Source: Bacteroidota bacterium
GTDB taxonomy: Bacteria > Bacteroidota > JABWAT01
Direction of reading: 5' to 3'
NCBI GenBank assembly: GCA_013360915.1
Contig: JABWAT010000001.1
Span: 468,981 to 532,980, forward strand
DNA: 64,000 nucleotides
The translations under genes were made by a program, and so were the position numbers. Shown one piece after another: positions 30,541 to 40,195 of the stretch (its first letter is position 1; every line of letters starts with the position of its first letter). The notes below the pieces were generated by a model. That model made no database searches. It saw only the letters and a program-made list of their open reading frames with translations, and was not told the DNA's origin.

Positions 30541-31712
30541 GGATAGAAGTGGTATAACCGGCTTTCTATCCTGAAATCATTCAGGGCCTTCATTTCCTCC
30601 TCCGTTTCTTCCACCGACCGGCTTCCCAATAACTGAAAAAGATAAGGTTTGATGGTCAATGGTCTTCCGGCTGATTGAAGGGACAGAATCACCTGCCGTA
30701 TTGATTGCAGCACAGAACGGTCCCCTGTAATGGATTTCATTGTGAACCCGGGCAGCCGTTCGTTTTCATATTTCGGTTTATGGGCCCTGCCTGGAATGGA
30801 AACCGGTGTTTTTTCGTCATACTGAACCCGGATTCCAGACTGATTGAACAGAATGGAATCGGCTGGATTTAACCAGGGAGCACCGGTCCAACGGAAAGGA
30901 AGATCGGTCCCGCGTCCTTCTGACAGATTGGTTCCTTCAAACAGGCAGGTACCCGAATACCAATACAACGATTGGAACGTTGGTAGGTTTGGGCTCGGAG
31001 GAATCCAGTCGAGTCCGGTGGAGGGCCAGAGCATGCTTCGTTTCCAACCGTCCATCCGGATGACGGTCAGTTTCAGGTCTTTCATGAGAGGAAACCAGTT
31101 TTGATGCTGAGCCATGGTAAACAACTCTCCCACTGTGAGGCCATAGCGGACCGGAACCGGTAACGCACCCACAAAACTCATCAGGGTTGAATCGGGGATG
31201 GGGCCTTCCGAAATTAAACCACCGAGTGGATTCGGACGATCAAGGATGATAACCGGGATACCTGCCATGGCAGCCGATTCCAGGCAGTACCGGATGGTTG
31301 ACAAATAGGTGTACCACCGGAGCCCCACTTCCTGAATGTCGATCAGAAGTGTATCAGCCACCCCAAAATCGGATGTCAGGGGCTTCTTTTTGTTTCCATA
31401 GAGAGAAACCACCGGCCGGCCCTTGTATTGCTCATCGGTTGAATGGACCCCATCGGGCAGATTGGTACCAAAACCATGTTCCGGACTGAAAAAAACAGCC
31501 GCTCTTTCCGTTTTGATGAGTGAATCGGCAAGATTGAACAACCGTTGACTGCTTGAATTTGTCAGCAGTGCATACTGATTTCCTGATAAGCGTCCAGATT
31601 CCCAGGCCAGTTCAGAGGCCAGCCGGACCCTGCCGGAATCCGTTGAAGAATAATGATCTCCTGCCGGTGGGAAGGCTGTAAGGCTCAGAAAGGTCAGAAG
31701 AGAGGTCACCAT
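30537..31712 (-). CDS. Exo-beta-N-acetylmuramidase NamZ family (DUF1343)
   Basis: FSPEHG, SLYG, DIQEVGLRWYTY, DRPNPLGG, PSPNLP and SEGRGT motifs. Confidence 0.88.
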   Translation of the reverse strand: MVTSLLTFLSLTAFPPAGDHYSSTDSGRVRLASELAWESGRLSGNQYALLTNSSSQRLFNLADSLIKTERAAVFFSPEHGFGTNLPDGVHSTDEQYKGRPVVSLYGNKKKPLTSDFGVADTLLIDIQEVGLRWYTYLSTIRYCLESAAMAGIPVIILDRPNPLGGLISEGPIPDSTLMSFVGALPVPVRYGLTVGELFTMAQHQNWFPLMKDLKLTVIRMDGWKRSMLWPSTGLDWIPPSPNLPTFQSLYWYSGTCLFEGTNLSEGRGTDLPFRWTGAPWLNPADSILFNQSGIRVQYDEKTPVSIPGRAHKPKYENERLPGFTMKSITGDRSVLQSIRQVILSLQSAGRPLTIKPYLFQLLGSRSVEETEEEMKALNDFRIESRLYHFYP

Positions 31713-31786
31713 TTACATATCCCGGTTGTCTGGTGGATCGTGAGAAAAAGCAGGTATCGTTCCTGATCAGGCTACCCAACTTACAA

Positions 31787-31794
31787 CAAATTTA
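31787..31794 (-). promoter_or_regulatory. Putative TAnnTTTG -7 promoter element for the NamZ-like gene
   Basis: Minus strand reads TAAATTTG, between the ndk terminator and ATG 31712. Confidence 0.4.
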
Positions 31795-31856
31795 ACAATG
31801 AAACAGCGCACACTGGAAAATGGATGGGGTCCTGAAGTCTGCCAGTTACCATAAAC

Positions 31857-31883
31857 AAAAAACCCCGCACAGAGCGGGGTTTT
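31857..31883 (-). terminator. Intrinsic terminator after ndk
   Basis: AAAACCCCGC-ACAGA-GCGGGGTTTT hairpin with a T-run on the minus strand. Confidence 0.8.
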
Positions 31884-31903
31884 CGCAATCTGAAAAATTC
31901 AGA

Positions 31904-32338
31904 TCAGAATCCGTAGTTGGCTACCAGATCGGCTGCGTTGAAATGATAGGCAATTTCGATGGCGGCATTTTCGGTGGAATCGCTGCCATGTACAATGTTT
32001 TCGCCAACCGAATCGGCATACAGTTTCCGGACGGTTCCGGGTTCAGCATTGGCGGGATTGGTTGCTCCGATCAGTTTACGGAAATCGGCCACTGCATTTT
32101 CCTTTTCAAGAACCATGGGAACACAGGGACCAGAGGACATGAAGGTAACCAATTCACCAAAAAACGGACGTTCTTTGTGAACTGCATAGAATCCACCTGC
32201 TGTTTCCTGGGTCAGGCGGGTCATTTTCATTGCGACCACTTTGAAACCTGCTTCCTGAATCTGCGCGGTTACTTTACCAATCAGGTTTTTGCGGACACAG
32301 TCCGGTTTGAGAATCGCAAGCGTGCGTTCTACTGCCAT
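31904..32338 (-). CDS. ndk: Nucleoside-diphosphate kinase
   Basis: [15 protein letters not shown] and NIVHGSDS motifs. Confidence 0.97.
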   Translation of the reverse strand: MAVERTLAILKPDCVRKNLIGKVTAQIQEAGFKVVAMKMTRLTQETAGGFYAVHKERPFFGELVTFMSSGPCVPMVLEKENAVADFRKLIGATNPANAEPGTVRKLYADSVGENIVHGSDSTENAAIEIAYHFNAADLVANYGF

Positions 32339-32355
32339 TTTTACTCCAATTATGA

Positions 32356-33228
32356 TTATTTACCCAAAACTTTTTTCATGGTATCGCCGATAGTGGCCGG
32401 TGAATCGGCCACATGAATACCGCATTCCTTCATAACTCTGATTTTTTCTTCTGCTGTTCCTTTTCCACCCGAGATGATGGCGCCAGCGTGACCCATCCGG
32501 CGACCAGGAGGGGCGGTACGACCGGCAATAAATCCCACAACCGGTTTTTTCACATGATCGCGAATGTAGTATGCAGCATCTTCCTCATCCGACCCACCAA
32601 TTTCACCGATCAGCACAATGGCATCGGTTTCAGGGTCCTCATTAAACAGCCGGACAGCATCGATATGACGGGTTCCGATAATGGGATCCCCACCGATTCC
32701 GATACAGGTCGACTGGCCGATTCCGAGTTTGGTCAATTGGTTCACTGCTTCATAAGTCAGGGTTCCCGACCGTGAGATGAGGCCGACACGGCCTGGCGAG
32801 AAGATGAAACCGGGCATGATCCCGATTTTTGCGATACCGGGCGTGATGATTCCCGGACAGTTGGGTCCGATGAGCCGTGTTTCACGTCCCTGAAGGTAGG
32901 TCCATGCCTTCATCATGTCATTAACAGGAATTCCCTCGGTGATACAGATGACCAATCTGATTCCGGCATCGGCTGCTTCCATCACGGCATCGGCTGCAGC
33001 AACAGCCGGAACGAAAATGATGGAGGTATTGGCACCGGTTTCCTTCACTGCCTGATCAACGGTATTAAAGACCGGTGTTCCCTCGTGAATCGTTCCGCCC
33101 TTGCCTGGTGTTACTCCACCAACGACCGGTGTTCCATACTCCTTCATCTGACCGGCGTGGAAGGATCCTTCCTGCCCGGTAATTCCCTGAACAATTACTT
33201 TAGTTGAACGGTCAACAAGCACTGCCAT
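32356..33228 (-). CDS. sucD: Succinate--CoA ligase alpha subunit
   Basis: [20 protein letters not shown] and MGHAGA motifs. Confidence 0.97.
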   Translation of the reverse strand: MAVLVDRSTKVIVQGITGQEGSFHAGQMKEYGTPVVGGVTPGKGGTIHEGTPVFNTVDQAVKETGANTSIIFVPAVAAADAVMEAADAGIRLVICITEGIPVNDMMKAWTYLQGRETRLIGPNCPGIITPGIAKIGIMPGFIFSPGRVGLISRSGTLTYEAVNQLTKLGIGQSTCIGIGGDPIIGTRHIDAVRLFNEDPETDAIVLIGEIGGSDEEDAAYYIRDHVKKPVVGFIAGRTAPPGRRMGHAGAIISGGKGTAEEKIRVMKECGIHVADSPATIGDTMKKVLGK

Positions 33229-33246
33229 TTTTCTGCTCTCCGGTTT

Positions 33247-34677
33247 TTAGAATTTGAATGTTTCGATGGCCCTGGCTGTGGTCAGCAGTGTGGCTTCATC
33301 AAAGTGGTTACCCAATAACTGAACCCCGATCGGAAGTCCGTCAGAGGCCAGGCCGGCAGGAATTGAGACCCCCGGGATTCCTGCGAGGTTGGCCGAAACG
33401 GTAAAAATGTCCGACAGGTACATTTCGAGCGGATCAGTGGTTTTCTCGCCAATCCGGAAGGCAGTACCCGGTGTGGTGGGGGTTAACAAAACATCCACAG
33501 ACTCAAATGCCTTTTCGAAATCCTGGCGGATCAGGCGCCGGACCTTTTGTGCTTTGGCATAATAGGCATCGTAGTAGCCGGCTGATAACACATAGGTTCC
33601 CAGCATGATGCGGCGCTTGACTTCCGGACCAAATCCTTCGCTGCGGGACTTCACATACATGGCATTGAGTGTAGCCGGTTTTTCAGCACGGCTGGTGAAC
33701 CGTACTCCATCGTACCGAGCCAGGTTGCTCGAGGCTTCGGCTGTTGTCAGAATGTAATATGTGGCGATGCAATAAGGAGTATGAGGCAGTTTCACCGAAG
33801 TAACGGTGGCTCCTTCAGACTTCAGCCGATCTGCGACCGCCAGCAAACGGTTTTTAATTTCGGGGTTCAACCCTTCTGCCAGGTATTCATCCGGAATTCC
33901 GACCCGGAGTTTTCCAACCGGTTTATTAAGTCCGGCAGCATAACCGGGAACAGGCAAGGGTGCCGAGGTTGAGTCCAGAGGGTCGTGACCGGCCAGCACT
34001 TCCATGATCAGTGCTGCATCTTCCACAGAATGGGTAAACGGTCCGACCTGATCAAAGGAGGATGCATAGGCAATCAGACCAAAGCGGCTCACTCGCCCGT
34101 AAGTCGGTTTCAAACCAACTATTCCGCAAAGGGCGGCCGGAAAGCGGATGGACCCACCGGTATCGGTGCCAAGAGAGGCCATGGCAAGGCCGGCAGCCAC
34201 GGCAACAGCCGATCCGCCCGAACTTCCACCAGGAACGCGTTCGGGATCCATCGGATGCCGAACCGGGCCAAAAGCTGAATTTTCATTGGATGACCCCATG
34301 GCAAACTCATCCATGTTGGTACGACCGATCAGAATGGCATCTGCCTCGATCAGCTTTTTAACAACAGTTGAATGATAGACCGCCCGATGGTTCTTTAGAA
34401 TTTTTGAAGCACAGGAAGTGATCTGACCTTCGATGGTTAACACATCCTTGACAGCGATCACCATGCCAGCCAACGGCCCGGCCGTTCCATCGGCAAGCTT
34501 TTTCTGTACCTGATCAGCCTGGTTCCGGGCCAGATCATCAAATGTTTCGAGATAACAATTCAGAGCCGCTTTTTCACGGATGGCATTCAAGTAATGATCA
34601 ACCACCTGGCGACAGGTGAATTCTCCAGAAGTCAGCCTTGACCGGTAATCGCGGTAAGATGAATAAGTAAACGACAT
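33247..34677 (-). CDS. gatA: Asp-tRNA(Asn)/Glu-tRNA(Gln) amidotransferase subunit A
   Basis: MDEFAMGSS, GGSSGGS, DTGGSIR, SSNLARYDG and EVKRRIMLG motifs. Confidence 0.96.
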   Translation of the reverse strand: MSFTYSSYRDYRSRLTSGEFTCRQVVDHYLNAIREKAALNCYLETFDDLARNQADQVQKKLADGTAGPLAGMVIAVKDVLTIEGQITSCASKILKNHRAVYHSTVVKKLIEADAILIGRTNMDEFAMGSSNENSAFGPVRHPMDPERVPGGSSGGSAVAVAAGLAMASLGTDTGGSIRFPAALCGIVGLKPTYGRVSRFGLIAYASSFDQVGPFTHSVEDAALIMEVLAGHDPLDSTSAPLPVPGYAAGLNKPVGKLRVGIPDEYLAEGLNPEIKNRLLAVADRLKSEGATVTSVKLPHTPYCIATYYILTTAEASSNLARYDGVRFTSRAEKPATLNAMYVKSRSEGFGPEVKRRIMLGTYVLSAGYYDAYYAKAQKVRRLIRQDFEKAFESVDVLLTPTTPGTAFRIGEKTTDPLEMYLSDIFTVSANLAGIPGVSIPAGLASDGLPIGVQLLGNHFDEATLLTTARAIETFKF

Positions 34678-34680
34678 CAA

Positions 34681-34893
34681 TCAGTTATCGGTAGTCTTGG
34701 TTGGGGGTGGGGTTTTCTTGTCCGTTTTAGCAGGATCTGCTTCGACTTCCTTTTGGATATCGCTTGCAGCTTTCTTGAATTCACTCATGCCCTGTCCAAG
34801 CGATTTTGCGAATTCAGGGATCTTCTTACTGCCAAAAAGAATCAGAAATACAATGAGAATGAGGATGATTTCCCCGCCACTCAGTCCGAACAT
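34681..34893 (-). CDS. tatA: Twin-arginine translocase subunit TatA
   Basis: N-terminal TM followed by [21 protein letters not shown]. Confidence 0.93.
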   Translation of the reverse strand: MFGLSGGEIILILIVFLILFGSKKIPEFAKSLGQGMSEFKKAASDIQKEVEADPAKTDKKTPPPTKTTDN

Positions 34894-34958
34894 AGTGGTT
34901 TCCTTAATAAATCAACGAAAGTAGGTCGGTTGCCAGCCAGAATCAAGAAAACCGGGGG

Positions 34959-35837
34959 TCAATTACCGCCGATAAATCTGCTTTCGAGCACCTCTCCGGT
35001 GGTTGCATCGGCAAAAATCCTGAACTGTGGATTGGGTTTCGTTGGCACGAACACATCAAACTTCCAGACGTAGTGGTAGCGGATTTCGGTCGAGGCCGGG
35101 GTCATTTCCTGACCGGGGACGTCGGTTCGCCGGCGGTAAACAACCAAAGCCTGCTGGTCACCACTGCTCAGCTGATCGGCTGATTGGATGACATAAACCT
35201 GGTTTTTACCATCCTTCATGTAATCAATCTTATGCTGGACCAGATTTTTGCGGATTTCTTCGGCAGCGACCCATTCGGGTGAAATCATGGGTCGGTCTGG
35301 CAGTACGGTTGAACGCAGCATTCCCACTTCACCAAAACGGGAAATCACCACCTGAATGGTATTTATTTCCGGATTGATAAACGGGATCAGGGAAGGAAAT
35401 GACTTTCTGAAGGTGAATTCGGTAAAATCATAACTCTCTGTGATATTTTCGGTTTGCAATTGACCCGATTTTACCTGAAACACATTGGAATACCGGTCAA
35501 TAAATTGACGAAAACCGGCTTCCAGACCAGTTACCGGACGTGATGAGTCCGTATCACCGAACAAGCGGATTCCAGGGGAACCGTATTCCAGGGAAGAAAG
35601 TGCTGCGGACAGACTGTCAATACGGACCACCTGATAGGAGGCCCCTTCTGCCGTAAGCAACTGACTGATCTGTTGAGACAACAACCGGGAACCGGAAGGG
35701 TCCATGCGGACCACGGCCGGATAGGGGAACCGTGGTTCTGCCGGGCTGGTGCCAACCGACGGTCCTCCGGACTGGCAACCAACAGTGACTGCCAGCAGGA
35801 CCGGCCAGACAAACCGGTTATACCGGGCGGGTTTCAA
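34959..35837 (-). CDS. Hypothetical lipoprotein with propeptide (FTP/PepSY)-like features
   Basis: Probable TTG start at 35837, lipobox VTVGC, C-terminal YVWKF...IFADATTGEVL. Confidence 0.6.
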   Translation of the reverse strand: MKPARYNRFVWPVLLAVTVGCQSGGPSVGTSPAEPRFPYPAVVRMDPSGSRLLSQQISQLLTAEGASYQVVRIDSLSAALSSLEYGSPGIRLFGDTDSSRPVTGLEAGFRQFIDRYSNVFQVKSGQLQTENITESYDFTEFTFRKSFPSLIPFINPEINTIQVVISRFGEVGMLRSTVLPDRPMISPEWVAAEEIRKNLVQHKIDYMKDGKNQVYVIQSADQLSSGDQQALVVYRRRTDVPGQEMTPASTEIRYHYVWKFDVFVPTKPNPQFRIFADATTGEVLESRFIGGN

Positions 35838-36525
35838 GAGACCGGATAATTGATTGCAAGAATCCCAAGCCATCGGTTCCTCCCACATTGGTTTCAACAG
35901 ACCGTTCGGGATGAGGCATCATTCCGAACACATTTCCTTCACGGTTCACAATTCCGGCAATGTTGAGGGCAGAGCCGTTGGGATTACCCTCTTCATTGAT
36001 GCTGCCATCGGCATCACAATACTGAAATACAATCTGCCGGTTATCCTGCAGACCGGCCAGGACATCATCCTGGGCGAAGTAGTTCCCTTCCCCGTGTGCA
36101 ATGGGAACCCGGATAATCTGACCAGGCTGATAGGAGGATGAAAAGCGTGTGTTGGCGTTGGACACCTTCAGGTTCACATGCCGGCAGATGAACTTCAGGG
36201 ATGTATTGGGAAGAAGAACGCCCGGCAACAACCCGGATTCAACCAGGATCTGAAAGCCATTACAGACGCCGGCCACCAACCCTCCCTTTGAAGCAAACCG
36301 GACCACCTCCTTCATCACAGGAGAATACTTGGCGATTGCACCGCACCGCAGGTAATCCCCGTAAGAAAATCCGCCGGGCAGGAAAACCAGATCCACATCA
36401 CCAAGATCGGAATCCTTATGCCAGATGAGCCGTGCCGTTTGCCCGGTCACCGTCCCCCAGGCATGGAGGGCATCATGATCACAATTGGAACCGGGAAACT
36501 GAATAACACCAACACGAATGCTCAT
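35818..36525 (-). CDS. purQ: Phosphoribosylformylglycinamidine synthase I (glutaminase)
   Basis: FPGSNC, GGFSYGDYLR, GVCNGFQ and MMPHPER motifs. Confidence 0.97.
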   Translation of the reverse strand: MSIRVGVIQFPGSNCDHDALHAWGTVTGQTARLIWHKDSDLGDVDLVFLPGGFSYGDYLRCGAIAKYSPVMKEVVRFASKGGLVAGVCNGFQILVESGLLPGVLLPNTSLKFICRHVNLKVSNANTRFSSSYQPGQIIRVPIAHGEGNYFAQDDVLAGLQDNRQIVFQYCDADGSINEEGNPNGSALNIAGIVNREGNVFGMMPHPERSVETNVGGTDGLGFLQSIIRSLETRPV

Positions 36526-36776
36526 GCAGAGACCTTTTCAAGGGTGAATTCGAAATTTTCCATCACCGGGTTGGCCAGAATCTTCTGGCAGATTTCCTTC
36601 ACTTCACGTCGGGCGGTTTCCTCATCAGGCGCATTGATCATCACTTCCACAAATTTTCCGATTCTGATCTGGTCGACCGAATCATAGCCAAGAGAATGAA
36701 CGGCATGCTGAACGGCTTTTCCCTGCACATCCAGGATTGAAGGTCGCAGAACCACCGTAATTTTTGCTTTATACAT
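36522..36776 (-). CDS. purS: FGAM synthase subunit PurS
   Basis: LDVQG, RIGK and LANPVME motifs. Start at ATG 36776. Confidence 0.94.
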   Translation of the reverse strand: MYKAKITVVLRPSILDVQGKAVQHAVHSLGYDSVDQIRIGKFVEVMINAPDEETARREVKEICQKILANPVMENFEFTLEKVSA

Positions 36777-36792
36777 AGTATATCCTGTCAAG

Positions 36793-37506
36793 TCAGGCAA
36801 TGGGTTTTTTAAAAAATCGGACCGGATATCTGAACAGACCAATCAGGAGGTAACCGGTCATTCCGACGAGCAGTCCACGTTCCCTGAAAATGATAACCAG
36901 CAGCAGAAAGATAACAAAGGAAGTAAAGGCCAGTGGTTTCTCCCTGATGGCCCGTGGTGTCAGCTTTGGAATGGTATCATATTTAACGGTGCTGACCATC
37001 AGCAGGGATAAAAAGATGACCAGAACCGGTAGCACCACTTTCAGGTCAAGGGGAATCCAGTCGGGATGATTCATCACGGTCAGAACCAGCGAGCAGATCA
37101 CAACGGCCTGTCCCGGGATGGGAAGACCGCGGAAGTAGTCTTTGTCAAAACCGGTGAGCTGAACATTAAACCGGGCCAGACGAAGTGCACCGCAAATGGC
37201 AGGCAGGGCGCTGATGAGAATGCCCCAGAATCCGAAATTCTCAAGACCAAGCTGGTAGACCAGAAAACTGGGTGCGACCCCAAATGTCACCACATCACTT
37301 AAGCTATCCAATTCTACCCCGAATTGGGAGGCAGAGTTGGTGAGGCGGGCCATGAAGCCATCGAAAGCATCAAAAAACCCACCAAAGATGATAAACCAGG
37401 CGGCGTTGCCATAATTCCCTGCATGTGCCTGAATAATGGCATTGAACCCGCAGAACAGGTTCATGACAGTAAAGAAGTTGGGAATTACCGCTCTGGTAAT
37501 TCTCAT
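36793..37506 (-). CDS. pssA: CDP-diacylglycerol--serine O-phosphatidyltransferase
   Basis: DAFDGFMAR...GVELDSLSD, RLARFN and FRGLP motifs. Confidence 0.95.
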   Translation of the reverse strand: MRITRAVIPNFFTVMNLFCGFNAIIQAHAGNYGNAAWFIIFGGFFDAFDGFMARLTNSASQFGVELDSLSDVVTFGVAPSFLVYQLGLENFGFWGILISALPAICGALRLARFNVQLTGFDKDYFRGLPIPGQAVVICSLVLTVMNHPDWIPLDLKVVLPVLVIFLSLLMVSTVKYDTIPKLTPRAIREKPLAFTSFVIFLLLVIIFRERGLLVGMTGYLLIGLFRYPVRFFKKPIA

Positions 37507-38171
37507 TTCACACCTTCCGGAATCAGGGCCACCACAGTTTCGCCGGCGCGGGTGATGTCCTGTGGTTTAACCTTTATTTCCCAGGAGGCTGGAACAATGA
37601 TATCGACGCGTGAACCAAATTTGATCATTCCGAACCGGGTTCCCTTGGTCACGGTTTTTCCCACTTCAATATCGGGGTACACGATCCGGCGGGCCACAAA
37701 ACCGGCAATCTGCTTAAAAAGAACCTTGTTTTTGCCGTTTTCTATTCCGATTTCACTCCGTTCATTTTCCTCAGAGGCCCGGTCTTCCCAGGCTTTCAGA
37801 AACAGTCCCGGATGGTATTTCAGCAGTGTGACCGTTCCGTTCATGGGAATCCGGTTTACGTGAACATTCAATGGCGACATAAAAACGGCCACCAGAGTTG
37901 CTGGGCCACCGATAAATTCATCGTGATCCAGTTTTTTAATCATTACCACGGTTCCGTCGGCAGGAGAAACAATGGCGGAAGGATCAGAATCGGTTTTACG
38001 CTCGGGATCCCTGAAGAAATTGAGGGCAAAACCAATAAAGGCAATGACCAGCAGATCGACCAGCAAGGTCAGTCCGGGAACCCAGGAAAGAAACCAGTGA
38101 ACCAGTATGGCAACAGACAGAGCAATCAGTACACTCTTGAGGAATGTTGAACGGCCATAGGGGGTGATCAT
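37503..38171 (-). CDS. psd: Phosphatidylserine decarboxylase proenzyme
   Basis: FFRDPER, SPADG, HVNR and the KFGSRVD self-cleavage motif. Confidence 0.95.
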   Translation of the reverse strand: MITPYGRSTFLKSVLIALSVAILVHWFLSWVPGLTLLVDLLVIAFIGFALNFFRDPERKTDSDPSAIVSPADGTVVMIKKLDHDEFIGGPATLVAVFMSPLNVHVNRIPMNGTVTLLKYHPGLFLKAWEDRASEENERSEIGIENGKNKVLFKQIAGFVARRIVYPDIEVGKTVTKGTRFGMIKFGSRVDIIVPASWEIKVKPQDITRAGETVVALIPEGVK

Positions 38172-38887
38172 TTATTTACAGCTCCTGTAATGCGGGAAAG
38201 TACTTCCTGATAGGTTTCTTCGACAAGTCCAAGATCGAACCGGAACCGGTCTTTATCCATTTTCTCATTGGTAACGGCATCCCAGAACCGGCAGGTATCG
38301 GGCGAAATCTCGTCACCGAGGAGGATTTGATTCTTATGTACGCCAAACTCCAGTTTAAAATCGACCAGTTTCAGCCGACGATCAAGAAAGAAAGCCGAAA
38401 GAAGCTGATTAATCTGGAGCGCCTGCTTTTTCATCTCGGCCAGTTGTTCCCGGGTGGCCAGATTAAACATGACCACATGATCGTCATTCATCAGGGGATC
38501 ACCAAGGGAATCATTTTTATAGTAGCACTCAATGATTGGCTGACCAAGCACCATTCCTTCTTTGATGCCGTATCGTTTTACCAGCGAGCCGGCTGCGACA
38601 TTCCGCACCACCAATTCAACCGGAAGAATGGTCAGGCGTTTAATGAGCATCTCGCGGTCGCTCAGTTTCCTGACGTAATGCGTTGGAATTCCCTTCGATT
38701 CGAGCAGCGTGAAAAGGGCCGAGGAGATGGTATTGTTAACCACGCCCTTGTCGGCAATCTGGCCTTTTTTCAGGCCATTGAAGGCAGTGGCATCATCCTT
38801 GAATTCCTGGATGACCAGATCAGGATCGGTGGTGGCAAATACTTTCTTTGCCTTTCCCTCATAAATGAGAGTCGTTTTTTCAGCCAT
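38168..38887 (-). CDS. purC: SAICAR synthase
   Basis: YEGKAK, FKDDATAF, DFKLEFG and DEISPDTCRFWD motifs. Confidence 0.97.
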   Translation of the reverse strand: MAEKTTLIYEGKAKKVFATTDPDLVIQEFKDDATAFNGLKKGQIADKGVVNNTISSALFTLLESKGIPTHYVRKLSDREMLIKRLTILPVELVVRNVAAGSLVKRYGIKEGMVLGQPIIECYYKNDSLGDPLMNDDHVVMFNLATREQLAEMKKQALQINQLLSAFFLDRRLKLVDFKLEFGVHKNQILLGDEISPDTCRFWDAVTNEKMDKDRFRFDLGLVEETYQEVLSRITGAVNK

Positions 38888-38893
38888 GGTTGG

Positions 38894-40192
38894 TTAGTCT
38901 CCGAGTCCGACCCGCCGGAAGATGGCATCCACATTCCGGATGCTTTTGCGGATATCGAACAATGAATCGAGTTCATCTGGGGTAAAATACTTCATGATTT
39001 CCTGATCTTCCAGCAGGTAATCTTTAAAGGCGCGGCGGGTTTCCCAGGTTTTCATGGCGTTGCGCTGTACCATGAGGTAGGACGCTTCCCTGCTGACTCC
39101 TTTGTTGGTCAGGGCAATCAGCAGTGTTTGAGAGAACGTAAGTCCGTGGGTGATTTCCAGGTTTTTCAGCATGGAATCCGGATAAACAATCAGACGGTCC
39201 AGCACATCGGTGATCAGGGCCAGCATATAATCGAGGAGAATGGTGCTGTCGGGTATGATAATCCGTTCCACGGATGAATGGCTGATATCACGTTCGTGCC
39301 ACAGAGCCACATTTTCCATGGCCGCCATGGCATTTCCACGAAGGACCCTTGCCAGGCCGGCAACCCTTTCACAGGTGATCGGATTTCTTTTATGAGGCAT
39401 GGCAGAGGAGCCTTTTTGCCCTTTTGAGAAGTATTCCTCTGCTTCCAGAACCTCGGTTTTCTGCAGATGCCTGATTTCGGTAGCAAATTTTTCAAGAGAG
39501 GAACCAATCACGGCCAGCACCGACAGGTATTCGGCATGCCGGTCCCGCTGAATGATCTGTGTACTGACCGGAGCTGGTTTTAATCCCAGCCGGGCACAAA
39601 CTGCTTCTTCAATTTCCGGGGACAAATGCTCAAAGGTTCCTACTGCACCGCTGAGCTTACCGACTGCAATACGTCCGGTGGCAGCCTGAAGGCGCTCAAT
39701 ATTCCGTCTTGTTTCATCGAACCAGAGTGCCAGTTTTAATCCGAAAGTTACCGGTTCTGCGTGGATGCCATGAGTACGGCCAATCTGCAGGGTGTATTTG
39801 AACTCCTTCGCCCTGCGTGCAAGCACATCGCGCAGGGTTTCGAGATCCTTCAGAAGAATGCCGGAAGCCCGGACCATCTGCACGGACAACCCGGTATCGA
39901 GGATATCGGATGAGGTCATTCCCTGATGGACAAACCGGGACGGTTCACCGATATAACTGTTCATATCGGTCAGAAAGGCGATTACATCGTGCTTAACGGT
40001 TTTTTCGATCTCGAGGACCGAGTCGGTATCGAAATTGGCCTTTTCCCGGATGGCACGTGCCGCTTCAACCGGAATTTCTCCCCGTTCGGCCCTGACTTCA
40101 CAAGCCAGTATTTCGATTTCCATCCAGGCTTTGAATCTGGACTCTGTGGACCAGACTTCACCCATTTCATGACGGGTATACCGTTCAATCAT
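38894..40192 (-). CDS. purB: Adenylosuccinate lyase
   Basis: MIERY, HDVIAF, RTHGIHAEP and GSSAMPHKRNP motifs. Confidence 0.97.
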   Translation of the reverse strand: MIERYTRHEMGEVWSTESRFKAWMEIEILACEVRAERGEIPVEAARAIREKANFDTDSVLEIEKTVKHDVIAFLTDMNSYIGEPSRFVHQGMTSSDILDTGLSVQMVRASGILLKDLETLRDVLARRAKEFKYTLQIGRTHGIHAEPVTFGLKLALWFDETRRNIERLQAATGRIAVGKLSGAVGTFEHLSPEIEEAVCARLGLKPAPVSTQIIQRDRHAEYLSVLAVIGSSLEKFATEIRHLQKTEVLEAEEYFSKGQKGSSAMPHKRNPITCERVAGLARVLRGNAMAAMENVALWHERDISHSSVERIIIPDSTILLDYMLALITDVLDRLIVYPDSMLKNLEITHGLTFSQTLLIALTNKGVSREASYLMVQRNAMKTWETRRAFKDYLLEDQEIMKYFTPDELDSLFDIRKSIRNVDAIFRRVGLGD

Positions 40193-40195
40193 GTT

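Noticed and set aside
31820-32416. 198-aa plus-strand ORF over ndk
   Set aside because: Antisense to ndk and crosses its terminator.
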